This document shows positions 10,771 to 24,434 of a stretch of DNA of 64,000 nt, in pieces. Source of the DNA: Octopus sinensis (taxonomy: Eukaryota); NCBI RefSeq assembly GCF_006345805.1, contig NC_042997.1:156984001-157048000 (forward strand), in the 5' to 3' direction. Position 1 is the first letter of the stretch, and the number at the start of each line of letters is the position of its first letter. The translations under genes and the position numbers were made by a program. The notes below the pieces were generated by a model. The model saw only the letters and a program-made list of their open reading frames with translations, ran no database searches and was not told where the DNA came from.

Positions 10771-13074
10771 CTTGAATCAGCATGTTAACGATTCTGCCAA
10801 CTGGTCACCTTACTCTATTTTTATATTGATTACTTATTTGCCCTCATTTGTATTCATCTCCCCACTCTCTCTTTCAATATACACATGTATGTGCAGGTGT
10901 GGCTGTGTGGTTCAGAAGCTCAGTTCTCAACCATGTGATCTTGGGTTCAGTCCTACTGTGCAGTACCTTGAGCAAGTGTCTTCTACTATAACCATAACCT
11001 CAGGCTGGCCAAAGTATTGTGAATGGATCTGGCAGACGGAAGTGGCATGAAATGGTGAGAAATGACATTCAGATTTTGGGCCTCACAGAAGAGATGACAA
11101 TGGACTGAGACAACTGGCAACATGCTACACTTGAGAAGGATCCTACCAACAAAGTAAAATCCATGTCCATGACCTCCTCCAGCAACCCACCCATGCTCAC
11201 CACCACTGTTTCTCTTCTCCCCTCATTTCTCCATCATGTCTTCATCTATCTATCTGCACATAATATGCCCCTGTTAAATCCCTTCCAACCCCACCTATAG
11301 CTCCCACTCTCCTTTCGAAATCTTGTGAACTCACTCACCTATCAACCCTCTCTCTAATCCCTAGTCCACTCCACTCTATACACCATCCTGTAACTTGGAT
11401 GTACGACTCCTTCCCCCTCTCTATCAAATCTACACCATCTTTTTCTCTCTTTTCTCACTCTCTCTCTCCTATCCGAGAAAGCTATGTTTCTCTTCTAATG
11501 CAAGATGCCTCTCTGTCCCTCAATACTAAACCCCACCCCAGTTGGGTTTTTTAGTTCTGCAAGTTACTTGGTGGTTTCACTACTGCTGGTGCCATGTAAG
11601 AAGCACCAGAACGGTGGTGAGTTGGCAGAACTGTTAGCACACCGGGCGAAATGCTTAGCGGTATATTGTCTGCCGTTACATTCTGAGTTCAAATTCTGCC
11701 GAGGTTGACTTTGCCTTTCATCCTTTCGAGGTCAATAAATTAAGTACCAGTTATGCACTGGGATTGATGTAATCAACTTAATCCCTTTGTTTGTCCCCTC
11801 TATGTTTAGCCCCATGTGGGCAATAAATAAATAAGATCACCAGTACACTCTGTAAAGTGGTTGGTGTTAGGAAGGGTATCCAGCTGTGGAAACCATGCCA
11901 AAACAGACAGCTGGTGCAGTCTTCTGACTTGCCTATTCCTGTGAAACTGTCCAACTCTTGCTAGCATGGAAAATGAGTGTTAAAGGATGATGATGATAAT
12001 GATGATGATATATGCATGTAATGTGTGTGAATGTTCCTGTGTATCTTGGCTAGACATGTGATAATTGTAAATGAGCATCATTGTCTTACAAGCAGAGCTG
12101 TTTGTTTCCAGTCTTCAGTAAAAAACATGCCTGGCTATGGGTAAACATTAACTTGCTTGGAAACAAATGGGGGTTGGCAATTGAAAGGGCATCTGGCCAC
12201 AGGCAATCGTGTCCAAATAAATTCCGTTTGACCTATGTTTTGAAAAGTAGACATTACAACAACTACAACGATGATGGTGAAAATGATGATGATATATAGA
12301 TTATTGAATATTTCTGTTTACAAACAAAGAAAAAAATAATCAATAAATAAAAAGAGTGTGTATAATTTATTAAAAGCTAAAGTTTCTAGAATCATAACTA
12401 GTGCTTAGGTTAAAAGCATGACAGCAGTGTGTGTATTGATAAATGCATTATTGATAAATGCATTGGAGTATATTGAATAACTGAGATTTCAATCGTTGCA
12501 GAATAAATTGTTAGAAAATGCATCATATTTACCTATTCAATCATGAAAAGAATGTAGGAATGTTTACATATGTTGTGAAAATATTTTTTTCAGTAAGCTG
12601 TATATACCTTTTTATTACGCTAATATTTGTAACTGTTATCTGAACTTGATAACCTAAAAGAAACATGCTATTGAAAGATCAGATGTTAGGATTGTTGTAG
12701 TTACATAGAGGAGAGTTGTCCATGTTCATGCTTGAAAGTTTGCTTCTATTTATACTAACTATTAAAGCAGTGAAGATTTTGTGTAACTCCAGTCTATTTT
12801 AATGCTATTTCTATAAAACATTTTATGATATCTATGGTCCACTTGGAAATACTTATTTGTAAGGCTTAGAAAATCCTAGCAACGTTGGAATGAACATTTC
12901 AACTACATAACTGATCATACCATATAGTATTTAATTTTCTATATTTATGTTTATGTGAGTTAGTGTTCTATCTTTGAAACTTGTCTTTTAATGCACCACT
13001 GTAATAATAATCAGTATGTTATCAGAGGATAAGTAAAATAGGTAGATAAGTACTTACTAGTATTACTAATTAAA

Positions 13075-13290
13075 GTTTTTAAGGACAATTGGGGATGGTA
13101 GGAATACTAATACAAAACAATTCATCATTAGGTTTACAATAAGGGCAGTATTTACCAGTGCCTAAATTTATTGTTATCTTTAAGAAATTAACAATAATTT
13201 GATCTATACCTATTATGATATTTAAATCTAATTCTTTGGATGTGTTGATAATGAAATCCATTCTAACACCATCTATGTGCAGTCAATCAT
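13075..13290 (-). mobile_element. Penelope-like element reverse transcriptase fragment (thumb region)
   Basis: Translation VNFLKITINLGTGKYCPYCKPNDELFCISIPTIP resembles the PLE RT motif NFLDVTxxLxxGxYxPYxKPNxxxxYIxxxSNHP. Confidence 0.65.
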
Positions 13291-13740
13291 CATCATCATC
13301 ATCTTCATTGTCGTCGTTTAACATCTGCTTTCCATGCTGGCATGGGTTGGATGGTTTGACTGAGGACTAGTGAGCCAGAAGCTGCACCAGGCTCAATCTG
13401 GTCTTCCTAACACCAACAACTCAGAGAGTGTAGTAGGTGCTTTTTACGTGCCACCAGCACGAGGGCCAGTCAGGCAGTTCTGGCAACGACCACGCTCACA
13501 CTCAAAAGACCAGGCTCAATCTGGTCTTCCTAACGCCAACAACCCCAAGAATGTAGTAGGAGCTTTTTACGTGCTACCTGCACGGGAGCCAGTCTGGTGG
13601 CACTGGCAACGACCATGCTTGAATGTTGTTTCTCACGTGCCACCGGCATGGGAGCCAATCCGTGGCCCTGGCAACAGTCACACTTGGATGTGCTTTTAAC
13701 ATTCCACTGGCATGAGTGCCAATCAGGCGGTACTGTCATC
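13290..13740 (-). mobile_element. RTE 3' UTR repeat with 3-4 copies of the ~60 bp GGCACGTAAAAAGCACC unit
   Basis: Same tail family as 42177-42925, reverse orientation. Confidence 0.75.
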
Positions 13741-14095
13741 GACCACATCAGCGGTTTTGGTTTGTTTACACTTGCCTCAATAGTTCTTTGTATTAGTAAA
13801 TAATAGTAAATGATGTTATATTTATGTAGAACACAGCATAATTTAGAATAACAGAAACATGTATGGTGTAGATAACTCAATATCCAGTCAGTTGTGTAGC
13901 TAGTGGTGGTAAGTGTGAAAGGGGCTGTCTACTCTGAGTGATGCTTTTTATGGGTGAGGGGAAGTACTTTTGGATTTGCTACAAACAAATCATTTGTGGG
14001 GTTGTTCAGCAAAAAATTGCAAAACCATCTTTTGCAGTCTACAAGAGACTACTAGTATCATCATTATGCTTGTGTGTATGTGTGTGCACATGTTT

Positions 14096-14157
<62 letters not shown>

Positions 14158-14589
14158 CATTGCATGTAAAATATTAAAAGCTACTCACACTTTGCCTAAG
14201 AATGTAAAAATGTATTATATACAATTCAACCCTTTAACATTCATATACTCTATCAAATACAATGCTTATTTATCACTTTAAATTAATCATGCATTATCTT
14301 GTAGCTTCAAAATTTTGATGATGTGATTGCTTATTTTTAGAACAACATTGTAGGGTAGGTATGAGAGGCTGGATCTGGCCAGTTTGAACAGGTAGAATAT
14401 TTGACCCAGATATGGCTGGTTTATATGCTAAAGGGCTAAACTTTCTCTATGTAGACTAGAGAGAATAGACAGAATTGGAGTGTATAAGTTCATTTCCATG
14501 GTGATGAATTGGAGTGTATAGGTCATCTCCATGGTGACTAAATATTCAAAGACAGGTTATATTAGGGAAGTAGGATAACTGGTACTTAC

Positions 14590-14669
14590 TTTGTTTCTCC
14601 CAGTTTTGCAAAAGTGTAGTAAACACATTTTAAAAAGTCTCGTGGAATTTTCTTTAAGCCTAAGATATT
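14590..14669 (-). CDS. SLC26A11: SLC26A11-like coding exon 5 (NILGLKKIPRDFLKCVYYTFAKLGET-N)
   Basis: Poly-T-CCAG acceptor and GTAAGT donor; 80 nt, phase 0 in and phase 2 out; follows GQVK as in homologues. Confidence 0.93.
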
Positions 14670-15505
14670 CTGGAAAAAAAAACACAACAAAAAAATTCAG
14701 TTGTTATTTGACAGACAGAAATTTACGCACTTAGCAACACTCCTTTTCTTATAGAATTGAATTAAAGGAGCCTCTATATGATTCCTTGCACTACTAGAAA
14801 CTGCAGCTAAATTTCCCTTAAATAGTGCCCTGCCTTCTTCCTTTTCTTCCTTCCACATTCCATCACTTCACTTACCCTCTTTCATCCTTCCTCTCTGCTA
14901 TTAACACCAGAACATCTACTTACAACTCCCAAGATAAACATTTCTTTATGCTTGGCCCCTGCACCTCCTTTGCAACTGCTCTGATGCTGCTGTATGGGTC
15001 ACTTGTACAGGAGTTCACTGTTGGTCCGTGGTGAAGTAATTCATGAACAGTGAAGTGTTGAAACCTGGGTGAGTTGCTTGCTGAGCTGTGTATGTATCAT
15101 CTCTCTATGTACACAGCTCAGCTCACACACACACAAATCTATGTACATAGAGAGATGATGCTGATGTTTTACCACTAAGAAATGTTCTCAAGAAAATTTA
15201 GCAAACACCAGAACGTAAGTGAGCAAGACAAATGAAAGTAACAAAAATATAGACTATTCACAAACATGTTTCACTATCACCAGATTACATAATTTTACTT
15301 ATGCAATTTTCCGTAGATCTTCAGTGTGACCGTCAATACAAATATAATTTGCAGAACTATACGCGAGACGTCCAAGGTCAGACATATATCTAGTTCTACC
15401 TATAGACCATAGCGGATCTACTTCTAGCATAAGGGTTGTCTACATAGTGGTCATCCCTCTAATATGCATGTAATACAATTTACTGAACCTTCAGATTTTA
15501 ATATG

Positions 15506-15880
15506 CTAGACCACTGGGTTTAAATTGATGTATATAAATACATACTGAAAGTAATAGAAGTGAAACTAATATATATAGATATATAATGAAAGCAATTGAA
15601 ATTGAAACCATATAATAGTGAAAGTATTAACAGAGATGTCATTGTTTCACTTTTGACATGTAATACGGAAACAGCGTAAGAGGGAAGAGATTGCTCCAGG
15701 CTTGCATTAGGCAAGAAGTTGAAAATTTTTGACCCATGACACTGTATGGACCCTAAGTAATGCATGTGTAAAATTTGAATGAAATCTGTTGGGTAGTTCT
15801 TGAGTTTTAGTGATGCACACATACAGACACACACACACATTCTCAGTTTTCTATATATATATATATATATATATATAGAT
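15506..15880 (-). mobile_element. Non-autonomous Helitron-like element
   Basis: Reverse strand starts TCTATATATATA...AAAACTGAGAATGTGTGTGTG and ends AAACCCAGTGGTCTAG. Confidence 0.55.
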
Positions 15881-17079
15881 ACATAAAATACACAAAATAT
15901 GTATGCTTTATATATATATATATATAATGTAACAGTTGTTGAAACAGATTGCCACTTAATAGTATAAAACTAAACAAATGCGAAATCTTTAAATATGGTC
16001 ATTCTATATATTTAACAATTTTAACAATATTTGTAATGCCTATCTAATATCAGCTGGTTTCTGCTTCTAATATAGAGGATTATTGATGTTTATGAAAGCA
16101 ACATAGATACAAATCAATGGTTACAGATGTAAAACTGATTTTTCTGAAATTATGTTTTATGTAAATCAGATTAATATAATACTATAGTGTGTTTTTTGAC
16201 ATCAATAACCTTTAGCATGTCAATTTTTATATCAATTATACCAAATTCATTTGTTATCTGCATTTCTGATCCAAGAACGTTGTATAAGCTATGAATAATG
16301 ACCCTTTACTTTAAACATAAGATAAAGAAATAAAGGCTGTCAGCAAATACCTATCCAACTACATATATATACATATACATACATACGTGTATACATACAT
16401 ACGTGTATACATACATACGTGTATATATTTATGTATTATTTGAAATTCGAATACTTAATCAATTAGTCTGTCCTGACATATCAGTCACAATACTGATAAG
16501 GTATATATGCTCTAGTTCATTTTTATTCAAAGCTAGTCACCAAATCAGAAACAAAGTTCTGTCAGTTGAAGTTGGACAACATTAACTAGGTTGTCATGCA
16601 TGCTTGATGTCATTTTCTCTGAGGCTTAATTAAATTATTTTATTATTATTTTTTTTTTTTTGGCAGGAATCAAGCCAGTCAATAAAAAAATGCCAAGGTG
16701 ATTTTGTTTAAGTCAAGACAGGGATTTGTGAATAAGAGGGCAAGTTAGTGTGTTTATATATGTAGGTGTTTCATACTATACATCTTTTATTTTTTACTTG
16801 TTTCAGTCATTAGACTGTGGCCATGCTGGGGCACTGCCTTGAAGAATGTTAGTTGAGTGAATTGACCTCAGGACTTATTTTTTAAAACTTGGTACTTATA
16901 CTATCTGTCACCTTTGCTGAATTGCTAATTTACACCAGTTGTCAAGCAGTAGTGGGGAACAAACACAGACTCAAAGACACACTCAAATGCTAATGATGAT
17001 GATGATGATAACAATGGATCCACTTTGACACTTAGTGGTTAGTGAATGTTTTCAAAGGAGTGTGTCTGTATGCATGTAT

Positions 17080-17122
<43 letters not shown>

Positions 17123-17190
17123 CTGCACATATATGTATTTGTGAATATGCTTGTTTTCATATGTGTAGATGTTTCAAGAGATAGACCTAC

Positions 17191-17276
17191 CTTGACTTGT
17201 CCAATACTGATTGTAATAGCAGCAGCACTTGTAAAAGAGTTAATCACAGGGTAGGATATGAAATTTACTAGAATTC
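17191..17276 (-). CDS. SLC26A11: SLC26A11-like coding exon 4 (ILVNFISYPVINSFTSAAAITISIGQVK)
   Basis: TTTGCAG acceptor and GTAGGT donor; 86 nt in phase; F-I-S-x-P-V-I-x-x-F-T-S-A-A-A motif of SLC26. Confidence 0.95.
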
Positions 17277-18329
17277 CTGCAAAGAAACAAAATGAAAATT
17301 TCCTCAGACTTTGATAACAATTATAGATTATTTAGTAGAGAATATTTTACACTTGAGTGTAATCTGACATATGATGGGTAATGTTGGGAATATATTTTTG
17401 CCCTTGTGGCAAAACTCAGTTAATGTAATATACTTACAATAATAATTATAATTTTATTTTTCAAATTTCATGAATTTCATGTATTTATACAAAATAATTA
17501 TCATTTGTTGTCTGTTTTCCATGTTGGTATGGGTTGTCATTTTCAAAATAAAAATATTTCTTGAATTAAAGAAAAAATAAGACAAATTTCTCATTTGCAT
17601 AGTCACAATACATATAGGTTGCCAATAGTCAATTGTTTTAACTATCATTCACAAATGTAATATTGTCTGATATTATCCACAGTGGCAAAACTATAACCCT
17701 AGCATCATTTCTTAAATGACAGCAAACAACTTAGCTTTAATATAGTAAACAAAGGTGATAAAGCCATTAAAATTAGAGTTATCTTCCTTTGCAGGCTGTA
17801 CAAACATAAAGAAATCAAGATATACTGCCAATTTTATTAACAGCTGGTTCTTTATGGAAACATAGATATTCAAATCATTAATAGTGAATATTGATTTAAT
17901 GGTAGTTTTTGGTTCATTCCTAGATTGATCTTATTGCATTGAATTTTTATTTGAAATAACTGCTGGTATTAAAGAATAAGGATGTTAGTGACAATGAGTC
18001 TATAAAAGACATATAAGCCGTAAGCTTTCTATTACCTGGACATTTAAATGAAAGTATTGATGAAGAGGCTCTATGTGGTTGCTCATTTACTAGAAATTAC
18101 AGTGAAATTTTTCTCAAAACAAACCTTACCATCTTAAACAAAGGAAATATTGTATAATCTAGTCCTGGACAGTCTCAAACTGAGATGGGATGGCCATGAT
18201 GGGTAATACCTTTTAGGTTAACCAACAATACCAAGAGCAGCATCAACAACATGAATGGCATTCTTTGTCAGAAACCTGATAATCTTAATTATCTGCACCA
18301 TTTTGTATAGTGATCATATTAAAAATACT

Positions 18330-18714
18330 CTCTTTTACTTGTTTCAGTCATTTGACTGCGGCCATGCTGGAGCACCATCTTTAGTCAAGCAAATCGCCCC
18401 CAGGACTTATTCTTTGTAAGCCTAGTACTTATTCTATCAGTCTCTTTTGCCAAACCACTAAGTTACAGGGATGTAAACACACCAGCATCGATTGTCAAGC
18501 GATGTTGGGGGGACAAACACAGACACACAAACATATACATATATAGATATATATGATGGGCTTCTTTCAGTTTCCGTTTACCAAATCCACTCACAAGGCT
18601 TTGGTCGGCCTGAGGCTATAGTAGAAGACACTTGCCCAAAGTTCCACGCAGTGGCAATGAACCCGGAACAATGTGGTTGGTAAGCAAGCTACTTACCACA
18701 CAGCCACTCCTGCC
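18330..18714 (-). mobile_element. SINE family A
   Basis: Near full-length reverse copy. Confidence 0.85.
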
Positions 18715-19051
18715 ACTATCTACAGACTTAGGTTAAACAACACTCTCTAATTATATAATTTAGTTTACTTAAGAGTAATGTACAGAATAACAATTAAATC
18801 TATTGCTTCTCTACATGAACTATGTTAGTCCCACACCCACTGAACTATTTGATATAGTTTGTCTCTTATTATTTTAGCTAAACAAAACAATACTGTTGAA
18901 TATAAATTTTCCCATGCAAGGTCATGAGAAAGTGTGAAGCTTGATATCTGTAAAGTTAATGACATTTATAGCGGCATGGTGGTTCTGGGTAAGCAGTCAA
19001 TAGGTTTAGAAAAGCAACTCTTCTTTTTGGAAGAACATACTATCTTTTATA

Positions 19052-19462
19052 TTTTACCTGTTTCAGTCATTAGACCGTAGCCATTTTAGGGTACTAGCTT
19101 GAATTATTAGTTGAATGAATTGACCCCAGTACTTATATTTTTAAGCCCGGTACTTATTTTATCGGTCTCTTTTGTCAAACTGCTAAGTTATGGGGACATA
19201 AACATACGAGCACCAGTTGTCAAATGGTGATAGGGGGACAAACACAGACATGCATGCATAGATTTATATACATATATATATATATAAATATATATATATA
19301 CACACACACACAATGGGCTTCTTCTTTCAGTTTCCGTCCACCAAATCCACTCACAAGGCTTTGCTTGGCCCAAGACTATAGTAGAAGACACTTGCCCAAG
19401 GAGCCACGCAGGAATCAAGTGGTTGGGAAGCAAGCTTCTTATAACACAGCCACCCCTGCACC
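19052..19462 (-). mobile_element. SINE family A
   Basis: Near full-length reverse copy. Confidence 0.8.
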
Positions 19463-19496
19463 TATGTATACTAGTATATATTTCCCCTAAGTTCAC

Positions 19497-19730
19497 ATGT
19501 GTGAAGCGAATACTCAACATCAAGTGGCTGCAAAAGGGTCTGAAATGACAACAGGCATCAACAGGATCAGTGATGAAATAAGACACAGATGCTGGAAGTG
19601 GATCAGACACGTTCTCAGACAAGATCAAGAGAGTGATTGTATGGTAGCACTAAAGTGGAAGCCCAAGGGGAAAAGAGCGGCAGGATGCCCTAAAACCACA
19701 CGGTGAAGGACCATTCACAAGGAAAGGTGG
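19497..19730 (+). mobile_element. RTE-clade LINE ORF C-terminal fragment
   Basis: RCWKWIRHVLRQ...ALKWKPKGKRAAGCPKTTR matches the RTE RWxWxGHVLR...WxPxGxRxxGRPKxTW motif. Confidence 0.75.
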
Positions 19731-19918
19731 AAATCTGATTTTAATATGAATGATGTGAAGCTTCATTCAGTCAGCACCACTCTAATATACACTGATATAA
19801 TAAAGTTAGATACTTAATAGGAGATCTTGTCAAAATCTTGGTTATATTGAAAATAGAATGAAACACATAGGAATTAGAAATTACAAATATAGGCACAAAA
19901 ATGTTTTAGGGAACTTAC

Positions 19919-20123
19919 CAAGATTAAAAAATCCCATTAACAATTGGATTATTCCACAGAAAAATGCTAATAAGATAGCATATGTTGGATCATTGTTGAC
20001 AGGGGAATTCCCAAATGCTGCAGTCATTAAGGACATGATGGCAGTGGGTCCAAGTGTGATATCTTTGGCAGTCCCCAGGATGCAGTACACAAAACAACCC
20101 ATAAATGCTGCATAAAGGCCATA
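19919..20123 (-). CDS. SLC26A11: SLC26A11-like coding exon 3 (YGLYAAFMGCFVYCILGTAKDITLGPTAIMSL...LMGFFNL-G)
   Basis: Poly-T-CCAG acceptor and GTAAGT donor; 205 nt; contains the SulP/SLC26 signature PxYGLY...GT and closely resembles vertebrate SLC26A11 (YGLYSAFMGCFVY..LGTSRDVTLGPTAIMSL, from memory). Confidence 0.96.
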
Positions 20124-20183
20124 CTGGAAAAAAAAGCAAAGTTATATTAGAAATGATTTTGTTAGCATCTGTACAGTTTATGT

Positions 20184-20700
20184 AATCTATTATATAAAAT
20201 CCGTTCTGTCTGTCTGTGTGTGTCTTCTAGGATCTCGGGCATCCTCCATCCGATTGCACTCAAATTTGATATGTAGATACCAACGGTATCAGGGTGTGTC
20301 TTGAAAAATTTACAAAAAATCGATTCTAGGTGAGAATGCAATTGATAAAGCTGTTTTTGTCCTACTTTTCTTCCGTCAACCTGTACATAACTGCACCTTC
20401 CATTTTTTTGTTATTTTTGTACTGCTTAAAGGCCCATTTCTTTCCTGTCAAGCTTACTGTTTAAACCATGTTTGTGTTCTCCCAGTCAATAGCCTTATCA
20501 TTACTGGTACTTTAAACTCTTCAGTTGCATATTTATGTGAATAAAATTCTTTTTTCTTTGGAATAGAAAAAAAGTCTATCTTTATTTCTTCTTTTGTTGA
20601 TGTCTCAAATTTAGGTTAAATCAGTGTTTCTCAAAGGGGAGGCCTATGGGATGGTCGGACAAGATGTTTTGAGAAAGTTTGGTTTAAATGTTTGACAACT
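20184..20700 (+). mobile_element. Non-autonomous Helitron-like element 5' part; relative at ~39369-39660
   Basis: Starts A|TCTATTATATAAAATC followed by (CTGT)n; shared internal sequence CTCAAATTTGATATGTAGATACC at both loci. Confidence 0.55.
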
Positions 20701-21460
20701 CAGCACCGTCCATTGGACGAGGGGCATTTTGCTCATGTATTATATTTGTAGATGAAACAGAACAAGGAATTTGACTAATTTAATCTGCAGGTCAGTATAA
20801 TTATGATCAAAAGCATTCTAGCTATGATTATGTAATTTTAAATTTAGATATGCTATATCTTGGACTACATTGCTTGATGTGACCTTCCATTATTTTTATG
20901 GTAGAACGTGATTTGTGAGAAACTTGGTTGCTATTTCAAGCAAATCTCATTGATGATCTTTCCTGATGATTTCATATTCATTACATAACAATCACAGCAA
21001 CCTAAACTCTGGCCTTCTGCTTTAGGGTCAGAGAATACTTCAGGCTCCTTACCTCCTAATCTGAGGTAAAAACTACAATGGAATACAGTTTCCATAACTG
21101 TGATGACACTGTAAGTTTACATGGAAACTTTCAAGACCACATTCCTGAAAATACCACCTGACTAACAGGTATGGAGTCATACAACAATATACTTCAATTT
21201 CTGTTTCAAGAAAGAATCACAAGACAAATTCTTCAAGCCAAGCAAACAAGCTGGAGACCAAGGGGTAGACCAAGAATGAAATGGTTGGATAATATCCAAA
21301 GCCTCAGTTGGTTACATTTGGGAATCCAGCCAGAAGTGTACTGACAATTTTTTCTGATGGGGCCTTATGGGATAGGTGCCTGATGGCTCTGACCTCACAA
21401 CCCTCCCAGGAAATATTGGGCAGAGAAAATGGATGGATGACATAAAAAAAAAAAACTCAC

Positions 21461-21563
21461 CTGTGGAGGTAATCTAGCAATTTTGGCATAAGCAAGTCCT
21501 TGGGGAATAACTGTTAATGTTACAGTTAATCCAGCAATTATGTCTGATCTTAAATAACTAAAC
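21461..21563 (-). CDS. SLC26A11: SLC26A11-like coding exon 2 (FSYLRSDIIAGLTVTLTVIPQGLAYAKIARLPPQ)
   Basis: TTTTCAG acceptor and GTGAG donor; 103 nt, phase-compatible with both neighbours; D-x-x-AG-x-TV...PQ-x-LAYA is the SLC26 TM1 motif. Confidence 0.95.
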
Positions 21564-21703
21564 CTGAAAATAAATTAAAATTGAAAAAAATAAATGTTTG
21601 CATAAAAACTCTAAAAATGATGCTTCTGTGTTATAGAGAAGGGGGTGGGTTATAGATGGAGTTATGGTGCTATAATATATTCATTTACATGCATACAAAC
21701 AGG

Positions 21704-22088
21704 TGCAGGTGTGGCTGTGTGGTAAGAAGCTTGCTTCCCAACCACATGGTTCCAGGTTCAGTCCCACTGTATGGCACCTTGGGCAAGTGTCTTCTATGAT
21801 AGTCTCGAGCCAACCAAAGCCTTGCGTGTGGATTTCATAGATGGAAACTGAAAGAAACCCATCGTATGTGTGTGTGTGTGTGTGTGTGTATGTGTGTTTG
21901 TCCCCTTCAACTGCTTGACAGCTGTTGTTGGTGTCTTTACGTCCCTGTAACTCAGCAGTTTGGCAAAAGACACTGTCAGAAAAAGTATTAGGCTTTAAAA
22001 AAGTTGGTTTGTTCAACTAAAGCTCTCGAAGGTGGCGCCCTAGCATGGCCACAGTCAAATGACTGAAACAAGTAGAAGATAAAAGATA
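21704..22088 (+). mobile_element. SINE family A
   Basis: Near full-length forward copy, inverted relative to copies at 18330-19462 in a different intron of the same pre-mRNA. Confidence 0.8.
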
Positions 22089-22221
22089 AAGCAGAGATCT
22101 TTGCACTTACACAGATCTGTGCAATATAAACACATATACACAGATCTTTATGCATGCGTGTGCACACACACACGGACTCAACATTTTTGCACATGCATGC
22201 ACAAATGTGCAAATTCAAATC

Positions 22222-22610
22222 TCTCTATATATAAAGCTGAAGTTGTCTGTGTATGACATGTTTGGTAGTCTTCAACTAACACTATCTCCTCCAAGACCTT
22301 GCGGTGCAAGTTGAACAAAATTGAGAGTATGATAGAAGAAGGTTTGCTCTTCCTCCGTAGAAGAAAAAATTCAAATCGGACCATGTTAACACCAAAAATT
22401 ATTTACATCAAAAAGGTGCTTTTTTTCTATGAAAATCCCTGTTTTTTACGATTTTTTTACTGCTATCTCGCCATTTTTTGGTGTATTTCAACCAGAAAAA
22501 TGTTCACTTAAAGAGAATAACAAGCTACATAATGCAAAATTTTTACTTTTCAAAAATTCCAATTCTTAAGGGTCAAAACAAACCCGAGCAACGCCAGGCG
22601 ATACTGCTAG
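22222..22610 (+). mobile_element. Non-autonomous Helitron
   Basis: 5' TCTATATATAAAGCTGAAG; 3' GC-rich hairpin-like CCCGAGCAACGCCAGGCG followed by CTAG|T. Confidence 0.8.
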
Positions 22611-23451
22611 TATGTGTAATTCCTAAGTTTAGAACTTGTAAAATGGAGTCTGAATCCAAAATTCATGCTGATTAAAATTATCAAGACTGAAGTACTGGTC
22701 ACTCTCCTTTTACACTCTTGTGAACTTACCCACCCACACTTCCTGATCTTCTGTCCCCACACTTTCTTTAGTGTATATTCACTTTTGCTACACATCATCA
22801 CAATCAACTTCTCTTCTTTTTCAAGTGAAGTAGTCATGTATCTTCCCAACAGCAACACAACTATACTTATCTTTCTGTCATAGTTTAATTTCTTAACACC
22901 TTGCCCAAATACTGTATCCCCACTTAGTTGAGGGTTTTTGTTCTGCAAGTTACATGGTGATCTCACTTGTACCAGTGTCATGAAAAAAGCACCCAATATT
23001 CTCTGTAAAGTGGGTTGGTGTTAGAAAAGTCATTTAGCCATAGAAACCATGCCAGAGCAGACAGTGGCATTGTGCAGCCCTCTGGCTTGCCACATCTATC
23101 AAAACGTCCAACCCATGCCAGCAAGGAAAAGGGACAGTAAATGATAATGATGGTGATGATTAGGGATTGAGGAAGATAGAAGCCTGTTTTGTGTCTGTTT
23201 GTTAATGTTACCATGTGTGTATGTATATTTAAAAAAAAAATTTTAATATTTTACTCATTTAAAAATTTTGAAACAGGAATTATGGAACTTAAAATATTAT
23301 CTTCAACATTTCCTTTCATTTTAATTTAATATTTCAGTTTTTTTTTCAACTTCTCGCCTCCACCCTTTCAACCCTTCACCATTTTTGAATATATTTTCTT
23401 CATTGAAAGATGGAGAAAGTTTCATTTACAAAAATATTAATTTTCAAACCT

Positions 23452-23817
23452 AGGTGCAGGCGTGACTGTGTGGTAAGAAGCTGTGGCACCTAGGGCAAGT
23501 GTTTTCTACTATAGCCTCATGCTAACCAAAGCCTTGTGAATGGATTTGGTAGATGGAAACTGAAAGAAGCCCATCTTATATATATATATATATATATGTA
23601 TGCGTGTGTGTGTGTGTGTGTGTTTGTCCCCCCACCATCGCTTGACAACCGACGTTGGTGAGTTTATATCCCTGTAACTTAGTGGTTCGGTAAAACAGAC
23701 TGAAAGAATAAGTACTAAGCTTACAAAGAATAAGTCCTGGAGTTAATTTGTTCGAATAAAGGTGGTGCTCCAGCATGGCCACAGTCACATGACTGAAACA
23801 AGTAAAAGATTAAAAGA
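23452..23817 (+). mobile_element. SINE family A (internally deleted head)
   Basis: Homology to family consensus. Confidence 0.8.
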
Positions 23818-24434
23818 ATATTTGCTTATCCTATTCAACATTAAACTGTTATATTCTCAACAAAGCCAGGAGAGTCACAGCTTGAAAGTAGGCAAAATAA
23901 AAGTATTTTGTTTTTAACCATAGAATTCTGAACCTCAGAGTTAATGTTTGATTATGAGTCATATAGTTTCTACTCGAGAGATTATAGAAAAATTCTGAGT
24001 TTGAACTCTATCTTTGTTTGATAAATACAACTATGAGATTTTGAGTTCAGGAGTTCTATCACTAAACTCTTGATTAGCTATTTCTGAGTTATGACTTTAC
24101 CTCTTCCCTCATCTAAAACCAACTTAGATTATCCAGTGAAGGTACATAGTCTAGTGATTGGAGGTGCTTGGCTCATGATCATATGGTTTTGGCTTCAATT
24201 CCTGGACTGGGCATCACTTAGTTGTTTTTTTAACAAGGCACTTCATTTTTACATTGCTCCAGTTCACTAAAGTGTTAATGAATACCAGCTGAGTACTGAG
24301 GCTGCTGTCTCTTCTTTACTGTCAAAACCTGGATGTGCCACTGGGTGAAGGGGTGAGAGGGCCAAGAGGGTATTAATGTCTCTCATGATTATTTAGGCAC
24401 AATTAGTAAAAGCTTAGTATGTCTTATCAAGACA

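Noticed and set aside
14473-14540. 34 bp direct duplication near the exon 5 donor
   Set aside because: Two diverged copies only, with no splice signals; ordinary local slippage.
16667-16697. Possible 31 nt plus-strand micro-exon after a poly-T...GGCAG acceptor
   Set aside because: Weak donor (GTGATT), and no partner exons found on the + strand.
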